Source: Acidobacteriota bacterium (GTDB lineage Bacteria > Acidobacteriota > UBA890 > WLXD01). Taken from it: 64,000 nucleotides of DNA. Below are positions 19,057-27,385 of this stretch, in pieces. The notes beneath the pieces are model-generated. The model was not told where the DNA came from. It searched no databases and saw nothing but the letters and a program-made list of their open reading frames with translations. A program made the position numbers and the translations under genes. How positions within the stretch are numbered: the first letter of the stretch is position 1; every line of letters starts with the position of its first letter. The stretch is taken from positions 1,376,001 through 1,440,000 of the forward strand of contig CBDFKD010000002.1 in NCBI GenBank assembly GCA_965248695.1, written 5' to 3'.

Positions 19057-21021
19057 ATGGCCAGAGGCAAGAAGTTACCTTCATCTCCGATACTCCGAGC
19101 ACTGCGGCGTGCGTGCGTGGACGAGAATCGCGCCGTTCGCTTCTTCGAGAAGCACCGCTGGGGTGCCGATCCGGGCTGCCCGCGTTGCGGTAGCACCGCC
19201 GTATACAAGATGAAAGACAGAGACGGTAGACGGAACAAGGACTACCGCTGGCGCTGCCGCGACTGCAAGCGGATGTACACGGTCAGGACGGGTACGGTCT
19301 TCGAGGAAACCCGTCTGCCGTTGCGGCACTGGGCCTTCGCCTTCTGGAAGGCATGTGCCTCCAAGAAAGGCGTCAGCGCCCTACAGATCAACCGCGAGTG
19401 CGAGATCAGCTACAAGTCTGCCTTGTTCTTGATGAGTTATTTGCAAATGTTGTGGATCGGTGGATTTGTTCAGGCGGCGTCTTCGCTAGCGATCAGGTGA
19501 ACTCCATCGACGAATGTGGCGCCCTCGAGTACGAGGGCAGTGAGGTGAGGAGCGTTGATGCGGCGCCATCGTTGCTGTGCCATCTCCAGGAGCTTGAATG
19601 CCATCGTCAGCGCCTTGGTGCGTGAGCCGGCGCCCTTGGTGACGCGTTGTCTCAGGCGTACGGTGGCGAACGCCGACTCGATCGGGTTGGCCGTGCGCAG
19701 ATGAACCCAGTGGTCGGCGGGGAAGTCGTAGAACGTCAGCAGCTTGTCGGAGTCGCGTTGCAACGACGCCACGGCCTTGGAGTACTTGGCGCCGTAGTCG
19801 GCTGCGAACCGCGCCATGCCCTCCTGAGCATCCTCGCGCGTTGGCGCACCGATGATCTCGTGCAGCGCGCGCTTGGCTTTGGCCTGCAGCCGCCTCGGTA
19901 GCTTGTCGAGCACGTTGCCAAGCCGATGCACCCAGCATCGTTGCTCTCGAGTCTGGGGCCATACATCCCGCACCGCCGCCCAGAACCCCAGCGCCCCATC
20001 ACCCACTGCCACGAGCGGCGCCCGCATGCCTCGACGCTTCAGCTCCCGGAGCACGAACGCCCAGCTCTCGGTGCTCTCTCGATACCCGTCCTCGACCGCG
20101 ATGAGCTCCTTGGTTCCGTCCGGCAAAACGCCCAGGATCACCAGCGTGCACAGCCGATCATCCTCGAGTCGAATGTTGAAGTGCACACCGTCCGCCCACA
20201 CGTATACGTACTGCTTGGTGGACAGATCCAGCTTCCGGAATGCCTCGTACTCCGTGCTCCAGGCGTTCGTCAGCCGGCAGATCGCCGATGCCGACAGCCC
20301 GCTGGCTTCCTGTCCCAGTAAGATCGGCAGCGCCTCCTTGAAGTCGCCCGTCGACAGGCCCCGCAGGTACAGCACCGGCAGCACCTCCGCCACCTTCGGC
20401 GAGCGCCGCATGTAGGGCGGCAGGATCCGACTGCTGAACCGCTGCCTCAGTCCCTGCTCGTCGAGCCGCTTGTCGTTGACCCGTGGCGCGGCTACTTGCA
20501 CCGTCCCGCACCCCAACGTGATCTTGCGTGCGCGAGCCCGACCGTTGCGTACCACTTGCCGACGGCCGGCTTCATCCAGTTGCCCGGCGTGGCTCTGGAT
20601 ATACTCCTGAACCTCCCACTCCAGTGCTGTTGCCAGCATCTGCAGCGCGCCCTGCCGGGCGAGCTCATCGACGTCCAGTGTCAGCTGTCCTTCCTCCGCG
20701 TCCGATCCACCGATAATCTTGAGCACGAGTGGCGTCTCCTTCCCGGCCTCCACAGCCGGCTGCTGGTTGTTGATGATCCCAGCGAAGGTTACGCCGCCTT
20801 TCTTTTTCCTCCCATCCACAACTTCCGGTTATATCTCGTTCTTGATGCACCGCATCCGCTATGCGATGGCCTATGGCTACATGCTGCCGCCAGCTCGCAA
20901 GCTGTCGGGCACGGTCGAGGTCGACGAAACCTACGTCGGCGGAAAGCCCCGCTACCCTGGTCAGGGCAAGCGTGGCCGGGGTACCAACAAGACGCCCGTG
21001 CTGGGCATTGTCGAGCGCGGC
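19057..21021 (+). pseudogene. IS1595-family transposase interrupted by IS256 and truncated at the 3' end
   Basis: Zinc ribbon CPRC...CRDC, TVRTGTVFE, KKGVSALQ. Removing IS256 restores YKSALFLMHRIR...GTVEVDETYVGGK...KTPVLGIVERG, after which similarity stops. Confidence 0.9.
19434..20837 (-). mobile_element. IS256-family element, complete (transposase 19470-20726)
   Basis: IRs GAGTTATTTGCAAATGTTGTGGAT / GAGATATAACCGGAAGTTGTGGAT; 9-bp TSD GTTCTTGAT (19425-19433, 20838-20846); motifs YVWADG, VGDG, QRCWVH, TANPIES. Confidence 0.95.
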
Positions 21022-21024
21022 GTC

Positions 21025-21059
21025 TTGACATCCTGTTCTCTATATGAGAACGTAGGCTT
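21025..21059 (+). promoter_or_regulatory. Putative sigma70 promoter with an overlapping palindromic operator for the TA operon
   Basis: -35 TTGACA (21025-30), 17-bp spacer, TGa-GAACGT extended -10; palindrome GTTCTC-N5-GAGAAC (21035-21051). Confidence 0.55.
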
Positions 21060-21311
21060 GTGCACATCGAATGGACGACCAAGGCAGTAAAAGACATGCG
21101 GCGCCTCGCCGCTCCAAATCGCACACGCATTCTCGCCAAGATCGAACAATATGCTACAGACTCGACATCGCTGGCCAACAACGTGGCCCAGTTGACCGGC
21201 AGTACGTATCGGCGATTACGAGTAGGCGACTATCGGGTCTTGTTCAGGGTTGAACACGACGCAACTTTGGTCGTCTTGAGAGTTCGACACCGGAGTAAAG
21301 CCTATGACTGA
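21060..21311 (+). CDS. Type II toxin, RelE/ParE family
   Basis: 83 aa; IEWTTKAVKDMRRL...YRRLRVGDYRVLF...VLRVRHRSKAY. Confidence 0.9.
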   Translation: MHIEWTTKAVKDMRRLAAPNRTRILAKIEQYATDSTSLANNVAQLTGSTYRRLRVGDYRVLFRVEHDATLVVLRVRHRSKAYD

Positions 21312-21642
21312 ATCCGAAACGATTACTCTAAACCGAGCGCAGTACGATGCCCTTGTTGCCAGCAAGGAAGAACTTGAGGATCGGTTAGCCGCACTCGAGG
21401 CAGATGATGGGAGCCGTATCCCGCACGAGGTGGCACTTGCCATTATGGAGGGTGAACGCCCAATCGTTGCATTCCGCGCCCACTACGGCATCACAGTGCG
21501 CGACCTCACCGCCAAGACGGGCATCGCTACAGGATATCTGTCTGAGATCGAACGTGGGCTCAAGCCCGGCTCTACAGCCGCGCTGTCCCGCATTGCTAGA
21601 GCGCTAGGGACAACGATCGATACTCTAGTGGTGTTGGGGTAA
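21304..21642 (+). CDS. HTH-XRE antitoxin (toxin-first, higBA-like order)
   Basis: Overlaps the toxin stop; GITVRDLTAKTGIATGYLSEIERG...IARALG HTH. Confidence 0.88.
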   Translation: MTESETITLNRAQYDALVASKEELEDRLAALEADDGSRIPHEVALAIMEGERPIVAFRAHYGITVRDLTAKTGIATGYLSEIERGLKPGSTAALSRIARALGTTIDTLVVLG

Positions 21643-21655
21643 ATCACACGCCTCC

Positions 21656-22342
21656 CTACCAGGTAACCGCGATCCCGACGGCGACACCCGGCTCCCATCC
21701 ACGCCCAGGGCTCCGCACGGCACCGATGAGCACGGCGGGCCAAGCGATCCGCAGGCGCCGCCCTTCGAGGCTCTTTCGCCGCGCCTCCGCCAGGTCGAGC
21801 CGCGCTTGCGTTGTCTCGTATAGCTGGCGAGTGGTGCCCAGCTGTTCCCCCAGGTTCACGATCAGCCGGTCGCGCGTCTCGACGCTCTGCTGCAGCACCT
21901 TCACCCGCAGCTCGAACCCACGCACGACGCCGCGGTGCTGTACCTGCAGCTCCTCCAGGGGCACCTCGACCTCGGGAGCGGCCTCCAAGATCTCGTCGCG
22001 TAGCTGCGCCTCGCGCTGTGCCGCCAGCTGGAGAGTGCGGCCAAGGGCCTGCTCCGCCTCGACCGCCTCTGCATCGCGCTCGGCGAGTCGGAGACCCAGC
22101 TGGCCGAGCGCTCGTTCTGTAGCGGAGAGGTCGGCTTCATAGGCGGCGATCTCGGCCGCGTGGGTCGCCTGCATCGCCTCGTACTCGGCCAGCGACTCGC
22201 GGCGCTGCTGCTCCATCAGGCCCGAGGCCAGCCCCAGCAGCCCCTCCGGTGACAGCAGCGAGGGTGCGAAGTGCCACCATCCGGCGCCGAAGCCCGCAAG
22301 GGTGGCCAGCGCGATGAGCGGTACAGCGGTGCGGAGTCTCAT
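21656..22342 (-). CDS. Membrane-anchored coiled-coil protein with a C-terminal beta-hairpin (phage-like hypothetical)
   Basis: RBS AGAGGT before ATG 22342; N-terminal hydrophobic helix, long E/A/L/Q-rich helical middle, ends GWEPGVAVGIAVTW. Confidence 0.65.
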   Translation of the reverse strand: MRLRTAVPLIALATLAGFGAGWWHFAPSLLSPEGLLGLASGLMEQQRRESLAEYEAMQATHAAEIAAYEADLSATERALGQLGLRLAERDAEAVEAEQALGRTLQLAAQREAQLRDEILEAAPEVEVPLEELQVQHRGVVRGFELRVKVLQQSVETRDRLIVNLGEQLGTTRQLYETTQARLDLAEARRKSLEGRRLRIAWPAVLIGAVRSPGRGWEPGVAVGIAVTW

Positions 22343-22446
22343 ACACCTCTCAGACGACACCAATTGCAACACTGGGAACAACATCGAGAAAGAGAACCGC
22401 CGAGCGGGCACTGGGGGTAAGCCTTTGTGCCAAGAATGCAAGGGCC

Positions 22447-22527
22447 TCAGCTAACTATATTTCGGAACGTTAGCTCCCAATATGGCCCTGTTGGTTCACC
22501 GTCGAGGATCAGGTAGATACGACGCAG
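22447..22527 (-). pseudogene. Possible C-terminal gene remnant cut by IS256 copy 2
   Basis: Open frame from the IS boundary: LRRIYLILDGEPTGPYWELTFRNIVS*. Confidence 0.25.
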
Positions 22528-23517
22528 GAGTTATTTGCAAATGTTGTGGATCGGTGGATTTGTTCAGGCGGCGTCTTCGCTAGCGATCAGGTGAACTCCA
22601 TCGACGAATGTGGCGCCCTCGAGTACGAGGGCAGTGAGGTGAGGAGCGTTGATGCGGCGCCATCGTTGCTGTGCCATCTCCAGGAGCTTGAATGCCATCG
22701 TCAGCGCCTTGGTGCGTGAGCCGGCGCCCTTGGTGACGCGTTGTCTCAGGCGTACGGTGGCGAACGCCGACTCGATCGGGTTGGCCGTGCGCAGATGAAC
22801 CCAGTGGTCGGCGGGGAAGTCGTAGAACGTCAGCAGCTTGTCGGAGTCGCGTTGCAACGACGCCACGGCCTTGGAGTACTTGGCGCCGTAGTCGGCTGCG
22901 AACCGCGCCATGCCCTCCTGAGCATCCTCGCGCGTTGGCGCACCGATGATCTCGTGCAGCGCGCGCTTGGCTTTGGCCTGCAGCCGCCTCGGTAGCTTGT
23001 CGAGCACGTTGCCAAGCCGATGCACCCAGCATCGTTGCTCTCGAGTCTGGGGCCATACATCCCGCACCGCCGCCCAGAACCCCAGCGCCCCATCACCCAC
23101 TGCCACGAGCGGCGCCCGCATGCCTCGACGCTTCAGCTCCCGGAGCACGAACGCCCAGCTCTCGGTGCTCTCTCGATACCCGTCCTCGACCGCGATGAGC
23201 TCCTTGGTTCCGTCCGGCAAAACGCCCAGGATCACCAGCGTGCACAGCCGATCATCCTCGAGTCGAATGTTGAAGTGCACACCGTCCGCCCACACGTATA
23301 CGTACTGCTTGGTGGACAGATCCAGCTTCCGGAATGCCTCGTACTCCGTGCTCCAGGCGTTCGTCAGCCGGCAGATCGCCGATGCCGACAGCCCGCTGGC
23401 TTCCTGTCCCAGTAAGATCGGCAGCGCCTCCTTGAAGTCGCCCGTCGACAGGCCCCGCAGGTACAGCACCGGCAGCACCTCCGCCACCTTCGGCGAGCGC
23501 CGCATGTAGGGCGGCAG
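22528..23517 (-). mobile_element. IS256 copy 2, lacking the 5' part of the transposase (cut by IS3 copy B)
   Basis: Appears identical to 19434-20423 at offset 3094 (identical ORF translations in several frames). Confidence 0.95.
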
Positions 23518-24777
23518 TGACCTGACCCCGCGGTTAGTACCATGTCTTATCTCAGTAACTCGGTGCTGACAAGAGGTTGTTGAGGCCGGCGAAGCGGAGC
23601 GCAGCCGGCTTCAACAACGTCGCTTCGGGTGCGGGCGGCCGATAGCTCAGCGAGCTGTGCGGTCGCATGCGGTTGTAGTGCTGACGCCATCTCTCGATCA
23701 GAACCTTTGCCTCCTTGAGCGTGTAGAAGATCTCTCCATCCAGCAGCTCGTCGCGTAGCTTGCCGTTGAAGCTCTCCACGTAACCGTTCTCCCACGGCGA
23801 GCCCGGCTCGATGAACAGCGTCCCCACGCCCAACCGGCCCAGCCAGTCGCGAACCGCCTCGGCGGTGAACTCTGGTCCGTTATCCGACCGGATGTGCTCA
23901 GGTATGCCCCGGTGTACGAACAACCTCCCGAGCTGCTCCAGCACGTCCTCAGAGTTGAGCTTCCGTGCTACATGGATCGCCAGGCTTTCTCGTGTGTACT
24001 CATCGACGATCGTCAGCAGCCTCATAGCCCGACCGTCGTGCGTCCGGTGGTGCAGGAAGTCATACGCCCAGACATGATCCCGGTGCTGTGGGCGCAGCCG
24101 GATGCAGGAGCCATCGCTCAGCCACAGCCGTGCTCGTTTGGGCTGTTTTCTCGGTACTTTCAGCCCTTCGCGCCGCCAGATACGCTGCACTCGTTTGTGG
24201 TTCACGGACCAGCCCTCCATGCGCAGCAACGCTGTCACCCTCCGATATCCGTAGCGCCCGTACTGTCGGGCTAAATCCACGATCCGCTCCGTCAAAATCT
24301 GCTCCTGTTGCGGCTCTCTTGGCACGTACCGGTGTGTCGTGCGTGGTTGTTTCAGTACCCGACACGCCCGCCTCTCCGAGACGCCCAGCCGCCCCCGTAC
24401 ATGTGCCACCGCCTCTCGCCGCCGAGCTGGGCTCAGAAGTTTCCCTCCGCCACTTCCTTCAGGATCGACAGGTCGAGTTCCTTTTCCGCCACCAGCCTCT
24501 TGAGCCGGGCATTCTCCTTCTCCAGTTGCTTGAGCTTTCTGGCCTGGTTGAGCTTCAGTCCGCCGTACTCTCGCCGCCACCGGTAGTAGGTGTGCTCGGT
24601 GATTGCTAGCTTGCGGCAGGCATCCTTGACCGTCGCCCCTCGAGCCAGCTCCACCTCAGCCTCCCGGAGCTTGCGTACGATCTGCTCGGCGCTGTGCCTC
24701 TTACTCGGCATTCTGACCTCCCGTTCTTGACCCAGATCGTGAGATTACATCCGGATCCGTTTTCGGGGGTCAGGTCA
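23518..24777 (-). mobile_element. IS3-family element, copy B (orfA 24433-24711, orfB 23552-~24440)
   Basis: TGACCTGACCCC...GGGGTCAGGTCA ends; G-GGA-AAC frameshift site; DDE motifs; related to but distinct from copy A. Confidence 0.95.
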
Positions 24778-25008
24778 CTGCTTCTTCTGAACGTAGGTCC
24801 AGATTTCGTCGACCTGGAGATCGTCAAGGCGCAGGCCGTTGAACCGCTCGCGCATCATGGCCTCGCAGCCCTCGCCTACCCGCACGAGCAGACGGCAGAT
24901 CGTGTCTCGGTGACAGCCGGTTATGCGCTCGACGCTGCGGACGCTGGCACCTTCCACCAACGCGGAAATGATCATGCGTTTCTTGTCGCGAGAGAGCTTG
25001 TTCGCCAT
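24775..25008 (-). pseudogene. IS1-family-like transposase N-terminus truncated by IS3 copy B
   Basis: MANKLSRDKK..IISALVEGASVRSVERITGCHRDTICRLL...LQVDEIWTYVQKKQ, ending at the IS3 terminal TGA. Confidence 0.8.
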
Positions 25009-25086
25009 CGGTCTTGCCTCGGATGGCGGGCAGGACCACAATGGCTATGAGGGTCCGATGCGGTCTATGCCCGCGTCTTGGATCTA

Positions 25087-25125
25087 GCCCGGTTCGCTGT
25101 TAGCGCAGCGTGCCGGGCGCTTTTT
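25087..25125 (+). terminator. Hairpin plus T-tract, antisense to the IS1-like transposase leader
   Basis: GCCCGG..CGCTG-TTAGCG-CAGCG..CCGGGC followed by GCTTTTT. Confidence 0.5.
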
Positions 25126-25175
25126 AGGGTCGTTCAAGTAGCCCTTATCAGGGCAATGGAGTGTGGCGGCCCCCG

Positions 25176-25290
25176 TGGTACGATAGGCCAATAGCCGATG
25201 TAGAAATGCATCGTTTCTCCTGTTTAGCGACGGTGAGAACAAGGCTTGGGGCCGGAAGTGGTGACAGCCACTTCCGGCCCGTTTTCTTTG
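25176..25290 (+). ncRNA. Putative ~100-nt small RNA (promoter to terminator)
   Basis: Extended -10 TGgTACGAT (25176-84); CGATGTA-GAAA-TGCATCG hairpin; 13-bp terminator stem (25249-25280) plus GTTTTCTTT. Confidence 0.45.
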
Positions 25291-25677
25291 TTAGCTTCCG
25301 GGCACGAAATACTCGCCGGCGGGGTTCTTGCTCATCGTGCCCGTCTTGCACATTTTCCAAAGTTCGTTTCCGACGCGCACGCCTAGATCGGTCTTACCTT
25401 CCAGCTGGTAGCCACGAGCACGCATAATTCGCGTGACCTTCGCGGGCTTCAGCGCGCCAGCCTCTGTCAGCACCGCTCGGAGGGCATCGCGAAACCCGAG
25501 TTGGCGAAACCCGTTCATACCAGCAACATCGGGAGCGGATTCTTCTCCTAGAATCGAGCTGAGAGCGTCGTGTCGCTTCTGGAGGTGCTGCAATGCAGCG
25601 GCCATCTGAGACATGTTCTCCGCGACGCTTGCTTGTTCCGCTTCGAGTGCGTCCCGCACGGCCTTGCTGAGAGCCAT
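25291..25677 (-). CDS. Coiled-coil plus winged-helix DNA-binding protein (putative regulator)
   Basis: GGAG upstream of ATG 25677 (alternative start 25740); heptad N-terminal half; C-terminal half FRDALRAVLTEAGALKPAKVTRIMRARGY...VGNELWKMCKTG..SKNPAGEYF. Confidence 0.6.
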   Translation of the reverse strand: MALSKAVRDALEAEQASVAENMSQMAAALQHLQKRHDALSSILGEESAPDVAGMNGFRQLGFRDALRAVLTEAGALKPAKVTRIMRARGYQLEGKTDLGVRVGNELWKMCKTGTMSKNPAGEYFVPGS

Positions 25678-25817
25678 CACTTCATCTCCATCGATTAAAC
25701 CACTTTCAACTTCGTTTGAGCTTATCCTCATTTCCATCACCTCGCAAGCTGATTGTCATCGAAATACCACCCCTGTGATGGGGTGTCCCGTGGGCACCTT
25801 GTGGTAGACTTGGCCAT

Positions 25818-25892
25818 GCCCCCGTAGCTCAGTCTGGATAGAGCGCACCCGTCGAACGGTAGAGGTCGTGGGTTCAAGTCCCACCGGGGGCC
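25818..25892 (+). ncRNA. tRNA-like RNA (tRNA-Arg-type scaffold) with a non-canonical anticodon arm and no encoded CCA
   Basis: Acceptor GCCCCCG/CGGGGGC; D arm GCTC-AGTCTGGATA-GAGC; variable AGGTC; T arm GTGGG-TTCAAGT-CCCAC; anticodon stem CACCC/GGTAG only 3/5 paired, G at position 32; extended -10 TGgTAGACT 7 nt upstream. Confidence 0.8.
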
Positions 25893-25983
25893 TTTTAGGC
25901 TGTGTTGAAGCGTGTAGCTGTCTGCTACACTGGGCCCTGTTCGACGGGTGCTCCTTCTAGACGAAGCGAGGACCTCGGAGATA

Positions 25984-26038
25984 GGGACGGAGAAGGCAGC
26001 CCCTTGGGGAGAAACGCTTTCCGCCGTCCCTTTTCTCT
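25984..26038 (+). terminator. Intrinsic terminator in a leader upstream of an RBS-GTG
   Basis: GGGACGG/CCGTCCC outer stem, GAAGGC/GCTTTC inner stem, TTTTCTCT tail; promoter TGcTACACT at 25923-31; GGAGG at 26052-56 and GTG at 26061. Confidence 0.6.
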
Positions 26039-26217
26039 GCCCGGAGGCCGGGGAGGCGCAGTGTCGACAGGACTATCTCAAACTAGGACACCACCGACTT
26101 CTAGACAGAATCGCGCTATGGAAGTCATTGACAGTCAAGTCAGTAAAGATTTCTTGCTCGCCTACCGTGGCTCCCGGCGTTCCACCGTCCGCTAGCTCGC
26201 CGGAGCACCTGCACCGA

Positions 26218-27129
26218 CTATCGAACTCGCATGGCCTGCCTGATCAGATCCCCGAGCTCAAACTCCGCCGGATCTAGCCTGCCACGGCGTACGTTGGTGA
26301 GGTTCGTCTCGCTGAGGACAGCTCCGTCGTCTCCAATGTCTTGAATTCTCGCCGCAAAGCCGCGATTGGGCATCGGCTCGACTGGATTCGTCACCCCAGG
26401 CATGACCCTCTCGAAGAACTCTCCGAGCTTGTAGATGGCGGTGTTGGCTTCATTGGCGACTCCAACCTCAAAACTGTCCCAGTCGGCAATCCACACTTTC
26501 CGCAGAATCTTTCCACCCCGTAGCAGGTCGTACTCCTCGACGGGGTAACCATTCATGTTGGTCGGGTTGCCGACTTTCTTGTAGAGCCAATCACCCGGAA
26601 GAGGGGGTTCGACGCCCGAACGCGACATGCTCGCGAAGAACTCAGAAGGGGTTAGCGGGTCGGTCTCATTAGGGAGGAGCTCTTTGCCGACATCGTCGCC
26701 GACGGTCGCCGTAACATCCTCGGTCACTGTTACCGGGGGCTGACCGGCCGTGGGGTTTTCACCGGGTGCGGTTTTCTCGTTGTCTGGCGTCGGCCCGTCC
26801 TGGCCATCCACTACGCCCTGGCCATCCACTTCGACATACACGCCGTTCGTGCGATCGACGAAGAAGAGCCTGCCGCCCTCGTCCCGTCCCCCGTCGCCGA
26901 AGTAGATCAGCTCGTCAACCCAGTCCCACTCAGGCCCAGGCGGCAGAAACTGGCGCACGAAGCTGACTTTTGAACCCTCGACCATCATCTTGCCTGTTTC
27001 ACCAAGAGGGCGGCCCGTGCCGCTGTGGTCGGTCGTCTCGACTTCGAAGACCACCCCCGGGTTGAGGATCGCGAACGGCGCCTCGGGAACAAGCAGGGCC
27101 AGGACCAGAAACAGTAGGACCCTTTTCAA
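26218..27129 (-). CDS. Hypothetical exported protein (possibly DUF4412-like)
   Basis: TTG start after GGGAGG; signal peptide; 'NGYPVEEY...KVWIAD' segment. Confidence 0.6.
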   Translation of the reverse strand: MKRVLLFLVLALLVPEAPFAILNPGVVFEVETTDHSGTGRPLGETGKMMVEGSKVSFVRQFLPPGPEWDWVDELIYFGDGGRDEGGRLFFVDRTNGVYVEVDGQGVVDGQDGPTPDNEKTAPGENPTAGQPPVTVTEDVTATVGDDVGKELLPNETDPLTPSEFFASMSRSGVEPPLPGDWLYKKVGNPTNMNGYPVEEYDLLRGGKILRKVWIADWDSFEVGVANEANTAIYKLGEFFERVMPGVTNPVEPMPNRGFAARIQDIGDDGAVLSETNLTNVRRGRLDPAEFELGDLIRQAMRVR

Positions 27130-27385
27130 CTCGCACCTCCCTTGCTGGCGAAAACAAATCCGGAATCCGGCGGATCGACATAGAAGCTACACGAGCCTGT
27201 GGTCGTAGAAAAAGTAGACGCCAGGCGATTGCGAATCGTGAACATGACCCCCCTGGCGCCGCATGCTGCTTGTGTGGGGTTCCTTGCGCCGCGGGCGAGA
27301 CTCTCGCCTGCCGGCGCACGATCCCCTATCCTCGACGGCGTCTACAGGGACGTTGCAATTTCATCATGGGCGCGGAGGATCACAC

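Larger units (their letters stand above)
17305..26095. mobile_element. ~8.8-kb transposon-like island with IS1-family-type ends, carrying passenger genes and nested ISs
   Basis: Left end GGTAGTGTCCTAATTTGA (17305) matches the reverse complement of the right end, GGTGGTGTCCTAGTTTGA (26095-26078). Flanks cACTTCTA (17297-17304) and gACTTCTA (26096-26103). A truncated IS1-like transposase lies inside. Confidence 0.65.

Noticed and set aside
21901-22140. Embedded Rz1-like lipoprotein inside the coiled-coil gene
   Set aside because: The alternative-frame ORF has no signal peptide or lipobox.
22449-22475. Integron attC site (AGCTAAC...GTTAGCT)
   Set aside because: Only 27 bp, imperfect R boxes, no L boxes, no array and no integrase.
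25818-25892. Functional tRNA-Ser(CGA) or tRNA-Arg(TCG), or a tRNA integration site
   Set aside because: Anticodon stem is mispaired, position 32 is G, there is no long variable arm for Ser and no CCA. No duplicated 3' tRNA fragment or integrase was seen in the window.
17289-26143. AGTCAAGTCA direct repeat near both island ends as an att core
   Set aside because: Only about 10 bp, offset from the better-supported IR/TSD boundaries, and no recombinase is present.
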